A DNA stretch of 64,000 bases from Acidimicrobiales bacterium AG-410-I20. Lineage in GTDB: Bacteria > Actinomycetota > Acidimicrobiia > Acidimicrobiales > MedAcidi-G1. Shown here one piece after another: positions 10,004-19,217 of the stretch; the stretch's first letter is position 1, and each line of letters begins with the position of its first letter. The DNA lies in NCBI GenBank assembly GCA_949538625.1, contig CATISD010000115.1, positions 7,571 through 71,570 of the forward strand, in the 5' to 3' direction. Below the pieces are notes generated by a model. It worked only from the letters and a program-made list of their open reading frames with translations. It made no database searches and was not told the DNA's origin. The translations under genes and the position numbers were made by a program.

Positions 10004-11197
10004 ATGGCTTTCTTCAATGTTGAGAAAATTGATTTCTCTGCACATTCTCCGCTTTTGAAAAAGCTTTTTCTTTCTTTTTCTATGCTTGCCTTGGTAGTCG
10101 TTCCTTCGGCAGCCCTTGCCGACAGCGATGATATTCGAGATGCACGTGATGAAAGAGAGGCAGCAGCCAACGCTGAAGCTGCTGCGGCTGAAGCCTTAGA
10201 TGTGACTGAGGCGGAACACCAAGAGGTTTCGGATGCGCTTACTGCTCTTGATGACTACATAGAGTTGCAGGAAGCGAAAATTGCTACTGCTCGGCAAGCT
10301 ATTGAAGCAGCAGAGGCGGAGACAACACTTCGTTGGATCGAGGCAGCTGCAGTAGATAAGGAAATTGTTGCTCTACGTGAACAGTTGCAGATATTGGCGG
10401 TTGATGCATACGTACAAAGCATTCGCCCGGGAACTCTTTTAGAAGCTGAAGATTTAACGGCTGGTGCCCGAAAATCAGCGATACTTGATGCAGTAACTGG
10501 CGACCGTGAAGACTTAGTAAGTCATTTCACTGCACTAGAAGCTGACCGCGAAGAAATTGCTCGATCCGCTGAAGATGCGATTATTGATGCTGAGCGTCAA
10601 CAAAGAGAGTTGGAAATTTCTTTGGTAATACTTGATCAAAGAATTGTGGCGAAAGAAGCCCTTCAGGACGAGCTACAAGACCGGATTGGCGAATATGAAG
10701 AAGAAGTTCGTGAATTTGAACGTGAACAGTATCTTCTGGCAATACTTATTGACAATTTAATTGCTGAAGAATTAAGGAATTCTGCTCCAGAACTGACCGA
10801 AGAATCTGCCTCTGGCTTCATCATGCCTATTGAAGGAACAATAGGGTCGAGAGACTTCGGGGTGCACGTGCATCCCATCTTTGGAACTGAGCGAATGCAC
10901 AATGGTGTTGATATTGGATGCGTTATGGACCAGCCCATCTGGGCGGCTAAAGCGGGAAGCGTCATTTCTGCTGGGTGGCGAAATGGTTATGGAAATACGG
11001 TCATGATTGAACACGATGGTGGAATAGTAACGGTCTACGCCCACTTAAATCAGGTACTGGTATCTAGCGGGCATTCAGTGAACATCGGTGAACTGATTGG
11101 TAAGTGTGGAAGTACTGGTTGGTCCACCGGACCACATCTTCATTTTGAAACGCGTGTAGGAAGCGTTCCACACGATCCAGTCATTTTTTTACCGTAA
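10004..11197 (+). CDS. Secreted coiled-coil M23 family peptidoglycan endopeptidase (EnvC/CwlO-like layout)
   Basis: Signal peptide, long coiled coil, HNGVD and STGPHLHFE zinc motifs. Confidence 0.9.
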   Translation: MAFFNVEKIDFSAHSPLLKKLFLSFSMLALVVVPSAALADSDDIRDARDEREAAANAEAAAAEALDVTEAEHQEVSDALTALDDYIELQEAKIATARQAIEAAEAETTLRWIEAAAVDKEIVALREQLQILAVDAYVQSIRPGTLLEAEDLTAGARKSAILDAVTGDREDLVSHFTALEADREEIARSAEDAIIDAERQQRELEISLVILDQRIVAKEALQDELQDRIGEYEEEVREFEREQYLLAILIDNLIAEELRNSAPELTEESASGFIMPIEGTIGSRDFGVHVHPIFGTERMHNGVDIGCVMDQPIWAAKAGSVISAGWRNGYGNTVMIEHDGGIVTVYAHLNQVLVSSGHSVNIGELIGKCGSTGWSTGPHLHFETRVGSVPHDPVIFLP

Positions 11198-11314
11198 CCG
11201 TTTCACCTGCATTCATACGGAGCGTGCCCTACCTTTCAGATTCTGGGTATACCGGAATATTTTCTCCAACTGCGGTACCCTTCACTTCGGGGAAATTCAG
11301 AGACTGGAGACAGT

Positions 11315-12406
11315 GTGGCATTAAAGGGAAAGAGGTCAGAAGGATTAGCGACAGGACTAACCTTCGACGATGTACTTCTTGTCCCTAGACGCTCTTCAAT
11401 TAGGAGTCGTCAAGATGTTTCATTAAAGACTCGCCTTACGCGAAACATTAATATGGACCTCCCCATTCTTGCTGCAAACATGGACACTGTTTGTGAAGAG
11501 GAAATGGCTCTTGCTCTCGCGAGATTAGGTGGCGTAGGCATAATTCACCGTTTTATGCCAGTTGACGCACAGGCAAAAATGGTGGAAAACGTAAAAGAAG
11601 AAAATAACTCCTTTGTTGTTGGTGCTGCAGTTGGAACTGATCATGACGCTGTTATTCGAAGTAAAGCCCTAGTGGCATCCGGTGTGGATCTCTTGGTACT
11701 TGATATCGCTCACGGGCATGCAGAACACCCAATAAACACACTTAAAGAACTCAAGGAAGCATTCCCTGAGACTGATGTAGTTGTCGGGAATGTCGCAACC
11801 GAAGCTGGAGCGGAGGACCTTTGCGAGGCGGGAGCAGATGCGATAAAGGTTGGAGTCGGACCGGGTGGTGTTTGTACAACAAGGCTGGTTGCTGGTGTTG
11901 GTGTACCTCAATTGACGGCAATTTTTTCCGCTAGTGATATCCCCATTCCAGTTATAGCTGATGGCGGAATCAAATCTTCTGGGGACATCGCAAAGGCAAT
12001 CGGTGCTGGCGCCGACTGTGTGATGATTGGGTCAATGTTTGCTGGGACCAAGGAAAGCCCTGGCGATGTCGAATCTTCACCCAGGGGGCTGGTGAAGCGG
12101 GTTAGAGGAATGGCTAGTTTTGAAGCCATTGAAGCTCGTGCCCATAGATTCGGTGAGCCTATTGACGATGAATATTTTGAACAAAGGGCCCCCGAGGGCA
12201 TTGAAGGTGTCGTCCCTTACAAAGGAGAAGTTTCAAAGGTTATCGCTCAACTTGTTGCTGGGTTAAAAAGTGGAATGAGTTATAGTGATGCTCGTACAAT
12301 TCCTGAATTCTGGGAAAAAGCCGAGTTCATAAAAGTTACTCCTACTGGTTTGAGAGAAAATCAACCTCACGCAACTTTCAATCAGTCATGGGATCTCGCC
12401 ACATAA
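11315..12406 (+). CDS. IMP dehydrogenase / GMP reductase family, lacking CBS domains
   Basis: [32 protein letters not shown] and LKSGMSY. Confidence 0.88.
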   Translation: MALKGKRSEGLATGLTFDDVLLVPRRSSIRSRQDVSLKTRLTRNINMDLPILAANMDTVCEEEMALALARLGGVGIIHRFMPVDAQAKMVENVKEENNSFVVGAAVGTDHDAVIRSKALVASGVDLLVLDIAHGHAEHPINTLKELKEAFPETDVVVGNVATEAGAEDLCEAGADAIKVGVGPGGVCTTRLVAGVGVPQLTAIFSASDIPIPVIADGGIKSSGDIAKAIGAGADCVMIGSMFAGTKESPGDVESSPRGLVKRVRGMASFEAIEARAHRFGEPIDDEYFEQRAPEGIEGVVPYKGEVSKVIAQLVAGLKSGMSYSDARTIPEFWEKAEFIKVTPTGLRENQPHATFNQSWDLAT

Positions 12407-12998
12407 GTGGAACTATTGGCCCATTCTTTATCTTTACCTCACCAGTAATACGGAAACCATGACGCTCGTAGAGCGGAACGTTGTCCGGGCTACTTGATTC
12501 AAGATACGCAGGAATGTTTTCTGTATCGCATATTTCTGTAACTGAACTGATTAATGCTGAAGCTAAACCTTTACCGCGTGCCTCTGGGAGCGTTCCTACA
12601 AACGCAAGATACCAGTGTGGGGTTTTTGGCTTTGCTTCCCCTAGAACAAACAAATTTGCTAGCCGGTCAGTAATCCACTCCTGTCCAAGTATTGCCGTTA
12701 ATCCAGCCACCATGGCAGAAAAAGTAGAGTCGTTCGTAAAATCTTTTTCTGGCCTCTCCCAAAGTGATGCTGCTGAACCCGTATCAGGTTCCAACGGGAT
12801 CAGTAACTGGTCAGTCGGGCTGTTAACAGCAATTCGATTTGCGAAGAATGCTGAAAGTAATAGAGGTCGCTGCTCTTCGTCTTCAAACAAATAGGAGAGA
12901 ACAGGGTCTTCTTGAAAAGCTCTAGTTAAACAAGAAATCGCATTTGGGTACTGATTTAAATCAGCGACCTTCTCTTCGAAATCCTGATATTTATTCAA
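12378..12998 (-). CDS. GNAT N-acetyltransferase (puromycin acetyltransferase-like)
   Basis: AFQEDP, HWYLAFVGT, RGKGLAS, AYLESS and LYERHGF. Confidence 0.88.
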   Translation of the reverse strand: MNKYQDFEEKVADLNQYPNAISCLTRAFQEDPVLSYLFEDEEQRPLLLSAFFANRIAVNSPTDQLLIPLEPDTGSAASLWERPEKDFTNDSTFSAMVAGLTAILGQEWITDRLANLFVLGEAKPKTPHWYLAFVGTLPEARGKGLASALISSVTEICDTENIPAYLESSSPDNVPLYERHGFRITGEVKIKNGPIVPLMWRDPMTD

Positions 12999-13001
12999 GA
13001 T

Positions 13002-13367
13002 TTAATAGATAGCAATTAGTTCAGCAGCAACTATTAGACCTACAACTACGACGTTCATTAAACGAACAGCAGTAAGAGGTGCTTTTTCTAGACGTTGCCC
13101 CATGTGTGTTTTTTTGAATTCCTCTGGCATGTCCTTACCAGCGGCTACTAGATCTTGGACTGCATCATCGAGCCATAAGACGCTCCAAAGTGACCCAAGA
13201 ACTGCCCAAGCAGCTAAAGCAAGTTGAACTCCTGAATTTTCTAGGCCTGCGCCTCCAAAACCCAAAACAATCAAAGTGGCAGTGTGAGCCAAAACAAAAG
13301 GCAGAATGATTCCGCGTGCATCAGCTGCTCGAATTGCCAGTAATTTTGTTGTTTCATCAAAGTTCAT
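13002..13367 (-). CDS. Hypothetical membrane protein (about 3 TM)
   Basis: Hydrophobic segments, AGGAG RBS, co-oriented between hppA and the GNAT gene. Confidence 0.7.
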   Translation of the reverse strand: MNFDETTKLLAIRAADARGIILPFVLAHTATLIVLGFGGAGLENSGVQLALAAWAVLGSLWSVLWLDDAVQDLVAAGKDMPEEFKKTHMGQRLEKAPLTAVRLMNVVVVGLIVAAELIAIY

Positions 13368-13402
13368 ATCTAATCTCCTTAATATTTATTTTTTGATTTG
13401 CA

Positions 13403-15499
13403 CTAACCTACGAAAGCTGAAGCAAAGACGAGAGACACAATAGTCATAACTTTTATAAGTATGTTCATTGACGGACCTGATGTGTCTTTGAATGGGTCAC
13501 CAACTGTGTCACCTACTACAGCAGCCTTATGACTTTCGGATCCTTTTCCTCCATGAGCGCCTGTTTCAATATATTTCTTTGCATTATCCCAAGCTCCGCC
13601 AGCGTTAGCCATGAAAATAGCTAAACAGAAACCTGTTACTAAAGCTCCGGCAAGGAAGCCACCCAGCGCATCAACACTTATGAAACCAAAAACAAGAGGC
13701 ACAACTACAGCTAGTGCTCCGGGTATAACCATTTCTTTCAAAGAAGCTTTTGTAGAGATTTCAACGCAGCGAGCTGAGTCCGGAATGGCTCCTTCTTCTC
13801 CTTCGCGCAATCCAGGAATTTCTCTGAATTGTCGTCGGACTTCTTCAATCATTTCTTGAGCGGCGCGTCCGACAGCGTCAATGGTCAATGCGGCGAACAA
13901 GAAGGGGAGCATTGCTCCGACAAATAGTCCGATAAATACACTGACCTCCCCGATGTTCAGTGAGAGCGACCCGCCGGCCATTTCTACCGCAAATTCGAAA
14001 CTCTTAAAAAGAGCTAAAGCCGTAAGTGCCGCTGAACCTACTGCGAATCCTTTTGCAATCGCTGCAGTAGTGTTACCAAGCGAATCAAGAGCGTCCGTGA
14101 CTTCACGAACGCTTGGATCCAACTCTGACATTTCTGCAATTCCCCCTGCATTGTCCGCAATAGGGCCGTATGCATCAACAGAAACTACAACTCCGGTAGT
14201 GGCGAGCATGCCTATCGCAGCTACCGCTATGCCATAAATACCTCCATCAAGGTTGCCAATGGAGTCAAAGGCCATTTCGCCACCCCAATATGCGACGAGC
14301 ACTCCAACAGCTAGAAGTCCCACTGATGCGGCAACTGAGACCATCCCGGCGGATATTCCACCCAAAATAGTAGTAGCAGGACCAGTCTTGGTTTGATCAG
14401 CAATTTTCTTCACTGGCCCGTAATGGTCAGAAGTATAAAATTCAGCAGTTTTACCGAGCGCCCAACCTACTAGGAGTCCACCAATCACTGATATTGCCAA
14501 ACCATAAGCGTTATCAAACGCTGAGTCTTGGCCAAAGAGCCAAGCAGAAAGGATCACTGTGGCTATTACCGTTAACCCCATTGCAATATTGGTTCCCATA
14601 TGCAATGCGTGTGAAAGTGCCTTTGAATCAGTAGATTCTCCACCTTTGACAAAAAAGGATCCAATAATTGAAGCAACCATGCCTGCTAAGGCAATTGCCA
14701 TTGGGAAAACAAGGAGTGAGATTGTTACAGATTGTGTTGCATTTTCTGCTGCTAAACCAGTGGCAAAGGCAACCAACGATATTGGAGCAAGTATTGAACC
14801 TGCGTAACTCTCGAAAAGATCTGCACCCATTCCGGCTACATCCCCAACATTGTCGCCAACGTTGTCGGCGATTGTTGCGGGATTCCGTGGGTCATCTTCA
14901 GGGATTCCGGCTTCAACTTTTCCAACTAAATCAGCACCGACGTCCGCAGCTTTTGTGTAAATTCCTCCTCCGACACGACTAAATAAAGCAATGGAACTTG
15001 CTCCCAATCCATAAGCAGTAACGACTTCAAAAGCTTTATCCACCTCAAGCGCAAGGACGAAAATGATGTAAACCAGCATTAAACCTAAAAGAGCTAGACC
15101 GGCAACTGAAAAACCCATGACAGCGCCCCCGCGAAAGGCGACAGGCAATGCTTTACCTGGACCGTCTTTAGCTGCTTGAGTCGTTCTAGCGTTAGCCATT
15201 GTTGCTACTGTCATTCCGGCGTATCCAGCAGTCGCAGAAAGTACGGCTCCAATTACGTAGGTAATTGCGGCTAGAGGAGCAATAAGAATAGCAATCAGAA
15301 TGGCCATCACAACAACGAAAGCTGAAACCCAAATATATTCTTGCTTCAGGAAAGCCTTGGCTCCTTTCTGAATTTCGGTCATCAAGTGAACCATTCGTGC
15401 ATTTCCTGGATCTGCTTTTTGTACGTCTCTGAAGAAGTATCCAGCGAGAATTAATCCAGCTACTGCTGAAATGGCGGCTATGTAAGGGATGGATTCCAA
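13403..15499 (-). CDS. hppA: Membrane pyrophosphatase, K+-dependent, probably Na+-translocating
   Basis: DVGADLVGKVE, DNVGDNVGD, GNTTAA (K+-dependent form), GADLFES and GDTVGDPFKDT. Confidence 0.96.
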   Translation of the reverse strand: MESIPYIAAISAVAGLILAGYFFRDVQKADPGNARMVHLMTEIQKGAKAFLKQEYIWVSAFVVVMAILIAILIAPLAAITYVIGAVLSATAGYAGMTVATMANARTTQAAKDGPGKALPVAFRGGAVMGFSVAGLALLGLMLVYIIFVLALEVDKAFEVVTAYGLGASSIALFSRVGGGIYTKAADVGADLVGKVEAGIPEDDPRNPATIADNVGDNVGDVAGMGADLFESYAGSILAPISLVAFATGLAAENATQSVTISLLVFPMAIALAGMVASIIGSFFVKGGESTDSKALSHALHMGTNIAMGLTVIATVILSAWLFGQDSAFDNAYGLAISVIGGLLVGWALGKTAEFYTSDHYGPVKKIADQTKTGPATTILGGISAGMVSVAASVGLLAVGVLVAYWGGEMAFDSIGNLDGGIYGIAVAAIGMLATTGVVVSVDAYGPIADNAGGIAEMSELDPSVREVTDALDSLGNTTAAIAKGFAVGSAALTALALFKSFEFAVEMAGGSLSLNIGEVSVFIGLFVGAMLPFLFAALTIDAVGRAAQEMIEEVRRQFREIPGLREGEEGAIPDSARCVEISTKASLKEMVIPGALAVVVPLVFGFISVDALGGFLAGALVTGFCLAIFMANAGGAWDNAKKYIETGAHGGKGSESHKAAVVGDTVGDPFKDTSGPSMNILIKVMTIVSLVFASAFVG

Positions 15500-15671
15500 G
15501 GATCTCTCTCCTGATCTATTAGTTTTGAAACGCGAGTTTTCAACCCAAGTTCATATTTTTGCCTTATAACTTTCACGGCTAGAGAAACGCTAGTAAATAT
15601 CGGCGCTTTGTTCAAACATTAGAGGAGAACGAAAAAGTGACATTTGACCATGGGTATCACTGGTAACTTTA

Positions 15672-16280
15672 TTGAATCTAGGTAACGATATACGTATGAC
15701 TGCTTCTCATATAAGAGCAGAAACTTTGGGGAAAAGGTCCTCTTTGTCAAAGGACGTAGTGGATTCGGCTTCAGGGCTTGTGGGCGAAAAGATTCTTGAA
15801 CTTGATGCTTACAAGAATTCCAAAATTGTTGGATCTTATTTCGGAGTACGTGGAGAAATAGACCCATCATCACTCAACAGCATTCCGGGCCCAAAACATG
15901 CGTTTCCTGTAATGAATTCTGATGGAACTCTCCGCTTCCTCATCCCTAATGGGCCGCTAGTAACCGGTAACTTCGGCATACCAGAACCTAGTGATGGCGA
16001 AGAGGTCAATCCGAGAGATCTTGACTTAGTTCTTGTCCCACTTGTTGCCGTTGATTTGAATGGCAATCGAATTGGACATGGCGCAGGTTTTTATGACAAA
16101 ACTTTTTCGTTTTTGAAGTTAGAAACGGGGCCACAATTAATTGGTTTAGCCCATGAATTCCAAATTCTCCCTTCGATTGCTCCAGAGCCATGGGATGTAC
16201 CGCTCAATCTTCTTATAACTGAAAATGCTGTATATAGGCTGGGTATGAACCACCCAACTGTCTCTATGGGGGAGGATTAG
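15672..16280 (+). CDS. 5-formyltetrahydrofolate cyclo-ligase
   Basis: FGIPEP, LVLVPLVAVD, RIGHGAGFYD and EPWDVP. Alternative start at 15696. Confidence 0.9.
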   Translation: MNLGNDIRMTASHIRAETLGKRSSLSKDVVDSASGLVGEKILELDAYKNSKIVGSYFGVRGEIDPSSLNSIPGPKHAFPVMNSDGTLRFLIPNGPLVTGNFGIPEPSDGEEVNPRDLDLVLVPLVAVDLNGNRIGHGAGFYDKTFSFLKLETGPQLIGLAHEFQILPSIAPEPWDVPLNLLITENAVYRLGMNHPTVSMGED

Positions 16281-16284
16281 CAAG

Positions 16285-17679
16285 GTGAGAGTGATTGTTG
16301 TAGGAGCAGGAGAGGTTGGGACTTACGTAGCAGACCGACTTAACCGACAGCACGAAGTTTCTTTGTTGGAAAAAAATCCTGAAAGATTCAATCAGATTGA
16401 ACGAGACCACTCTCTTGATGTTCTCACTATTCTCGGCAGCGGTACAGACCCAGACGCGCTTAAACGCGCTGGTGTTGAGGACGCAGACTTACTGGTCGCC
16501 GTAACTAAAAACGATGATGCAAATTTACTGTCTGCACTACTAGCCAAACAGGCGGGCGTGAAGAGAACAATAGTTAGAGTTGAATCACGTGGGCTCAGAA
16601 ATAAAGAAGTTGGCCAACTATTAGGGTCGCCTGAGAATCATTTAATGATTGACCCCGATGAAGAGGTCGCCCAAGATGTTCTTCGCCTCATGGAATACCC
16701 AGGAGCTCTTGACATAATCCATATGGGAGGCGGGGAAGTGGTCATTATCGGCTCACGGCTTCCCTCAGATGCACCGTTAGTTGGCATGTCTTTGAAAGAA
16801 CTCGGTGAAGAGCTCGAACCAGATTGGGATTTCATGATTGCCACAATTACTCGCCAAATGAGTGAAGACGAGGAAGTTACCGTAATACCTCGAGAGAACG
16901 AAACACTTCAAGAGGGAGATCTTTTACGAATTATTTGCAAACAGCGCGCTCTCCGAGATGTGATTAGAAGGTTGGGTATTGAACGAGATATGCCAGCGAG
17001 AGCCTTGTTGCTTGGTGGAGGTCGAACAGCACAACTTTTAGCTGAATCTTTAGTAGAGAAAGCAGTTGATGTCGCCATTATTGAGAAGAACCCCGATAGA
17101 GCTAGCGAATTAAGCGCCTCACTAAAGCACGCTCTTATTTTTAATGGCGACATTACTGACGTAGACATGCTCGAAGAAGCAGATGTGGGGCGGCAAGACA
17201 TAGTTGTTGCCTTAACTGGTGAAGATGATGCAAACGTATTAGCTTGCCTTTACGCCAAATCTGCTGGCTCTCGGTTAAATGGAAATTCAGAGAACGTTTT
17301 AACTCCAAAAACAATCGCCGTAGTTCACCGTCTCAAACTCCTAGGTTTATTGGACACTCATGATGTGGGGGCAACATTGAGCCCACGAACTGCTACTGCA
17401 AATAGTGTCTTACGTTTTGTTCGAAGTGGTGACGCAGCACAAATAGCAACTTTCCTCCAAGGAGATGCAGAAATTCTTGAATTTGCGGTTACCGATGAAA
17501 GTGCTTGTGAGGGAAAGAAAATCTCAGATGCTGGATTCCCAAAAGAAGCCTTAGTAGGAGCGATCTTACGAGACGGCAAGCCTCAAATAGCGCGTGGAAG
17601 TACCGTCTTTCGTGATAGGGATCATGTGATTGTTATAGCAAAATCTGAATGGGCTGAAAGCATAGGTCAACTTTTCTAG
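16285..17679 (+). CDS. trkA: Trk K+ uptake regulatory subunit
   Basis: Two RCK (N+C) units with GAGEVG and GGGRTA motifs. Confidence 0.93.
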   Translation: MRVIVVGAGEVGTYVADRLNRQHEVSLLEKNPERFNQIERDHSLDVLTILGSGTDPDALKRAGVEDADLLVAVTKNDDANLLSALLAKQAGVKRTIVRVESRGLRNKEVGQLLGSPENHLMIDPDEEVAQDVLRLMEYPGALDIIHMGGGEVVIIGSRLPSDAPLVGMSLKELGEELEPDWDFMIATITRQMSEDEEVTVIPRENETLQEGDLLRIICKQRALRDVIRRLGIERDMPARALLLGGGRTAQLLAESLVEKAVDVAIIEKNPDRASELSASLKHALIFNGDITDVDMLEEADVGRQDIVVALTGEDDANVLACLYAKSAGSRLNGNSENVLTPKTIAVVHRLKLLGLLDTHDVGATLSPRTATANSVLRFVRSGDAAQIATFLQGDAEILEFAVTDESACEGKKISDAGFPKEALVGAILRDGKPQIARGSTVFRDRDHVIVIAKSEWAESIGQLF

Positions 17680-19217
17680 TGAAGTTTGCTTACCGGTCTC
17701 GCCTTCAGGTTCTAACGTTTTCCGGATATAAGCAATTACCGGATTGGGCCTCTTGGACATCCGGGTTAACTCTAGGAGTTAGCTTAGGTTTGCTGCTCTC
17801 CGGAATACTTGCAATTATCTCAGGAGTAGTGGGGCTGCACGATATTGCTTCTCAGACACCAGAACTGCTGATCACTGGAACCATTTCTGGTCTTATAGGA
17901 AGTTTCCTTTTCTCCATTGTGCGACCACCCCCCAAACACCGGGTAGCAGATATTTTCGGTGGGGTTTTTTCTTTATCAATTTCCTCCATCGTCAGTAGTG
18001 GGATTATCTTCTACATCACAGACAGCGTAGAGAGCTTTGATACAGCGCTTTACGAGGCGACGGTCAGTTTGACCACAACAGCTTTAAGCACTTTAGATGC
18101 CTCTCAGATCACACCTGAGGTTCAATTCTTTAGAGGTTCTCTTCAATGGGCAGGAGGTCTTACTGTCCTCATACTTGGTGCCGCCATTATTCCCGTTATT
18201 GGAAGTAAGGCTGAACCCTCGATACAAATTGAGAGAAACGAGGCTCTCACGCTTGGCAGTACAAGACAAGCCGCTATTTTAAACATACTAAAAATTTACA
18301 TCCCTCTTTCTTTTCTTCTTTGGGCGGCTTTCTCTCTTGCCGGAACAGGAATTTTTGACGGCTTACTTCTGGCCATGTCTACGGTTTCAACTGGTGGGTT
18401 TTTGCCAGAAGGCAACCCGTTTGAAGACTCTGCTGTTCAATGGGTGGCTATTGCCGGCATGTGTCTCTCTGGGACAAGTTTCGTGGTTCTCTGGCGCCTT
18501 GTTTTAGGAAAAATCGATGAATTAAGAAATTCATTTGAGTTAAGAGTTTATTTCTTAGTGATCGCTCTTTCAGCCTTCACTCTTTATGTATTTTCTCATG
18601 ATTTCTCTTATGAGAACTTCCTTGCTTCCCTTTTTGTGGCGTGTTCAGCAATATCAACAACTGGTTTTCCAGCCACCATTACTGGTGAATGGATTCCAAT
18701 TTTTACGGTTCTGATTCTCTTAATTACAGCAATAGGCGGAATGACGGGGTCAGTCTCCGGAGGATTCAATATCCGTTCACTTATAATCCTTCTCCGACTT
18801 TCAATAAGAGAAATGGTTCGACAATTGCATCCGCGTTCGGTTACACGTATCCAAATTGACGGTAAATCTTTGTCTGAATCAACCGTTGATCATACAGTGG
18901 TCCTCCAATTTCTTTTTGTGTCTATTGTGGCAATCACTTGCATCGGAGTTTCAATCACAGAACTTGATTTATTTTCTGGGATAAATGCAGCAGTTCATTC
19001 AGCTTCAACTGCTGGACCTTTGCGATCTATTGACGGGTCATTGATTGAGGTTTCTGCATGGACAAGACCGACAAGGTTCTTATTAATGCCAGCAATGATT
19101 CTTGGTTGGCTAGCCATATTCCCGGTATTGATCGTTGCTGGAGAGTTTGTTTCCTTCCTGAAAAGTAAATCTCGATCATTGAAGCGAACTGCTATAGGGA
19201 TGAGATCAGATGAGTAG
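17679..19217 (+). CDS. trkH: TrkH-family cation transporter, divergent paralogue
   Basis: LQWAGG, STVSTGGF, GGMTGSVSGGF and RQLHPRSV; some pore residues are altered. Confidence 0.8.
   Translation: MKFAYRSRLQVLTFSGYKQLPDWASWTSGLTLGVSLGLLLSGILAIISGVVGLHDIASQTPELLITGTISGLIGSFLFSIVRPPPKHRVADIFGGVFSLSISSIVSSGIIFYITDSVESFDTALYEATVSLTTTALSTLDASQITPEVQFFRGSLQWAGGLTVLILGAAIIPVIGSKAEPSIQIERNEALTLGSTRQAAILNILKIYIPLSFLLWAAFSLAGTGIFDGLLLAMSTVSTGGFLPEGNPFEDSAVQWVAIAGMCLSGTSFVVLWRLVLGKIDELRNSFELRVYFLVIALSAFTLYVFSHDFSYENFLASLFVACSAISTTGFPATITGEWIPIFTVLILLITAIGGMTGSVSGGFNIRSLIILLRLSIREMVRQLHPRSVTRIQIDGKSLSESTVDHTVVLQFLFVSIVAITCIGVSITELDLFSGINAAVHSASTAGPLRSIDGSLIEVSAWTRPTRFLLMPAMILGWLAIFPVLIVAGEFVSFLKSKSRSLKRTAIGMRSDE

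Noticed and set aside
15518-15546. Resemblance to the epsilonproteobacterial difH/difSL core (GAAAA-N6-TTTTC)
   Set aside because: One A short so the arm geometry is broken, far from the recombinase, and located in a promoter region. The comparison was from memory only.
15500-15671. 6S/Ms1 RNA upstream of the 5-FCL gene, as in proteobacterial ssrS-ygfA
   Set aside because: No long rod-like self-complementarity is visible, and the spacer must hold two divergent promoters.
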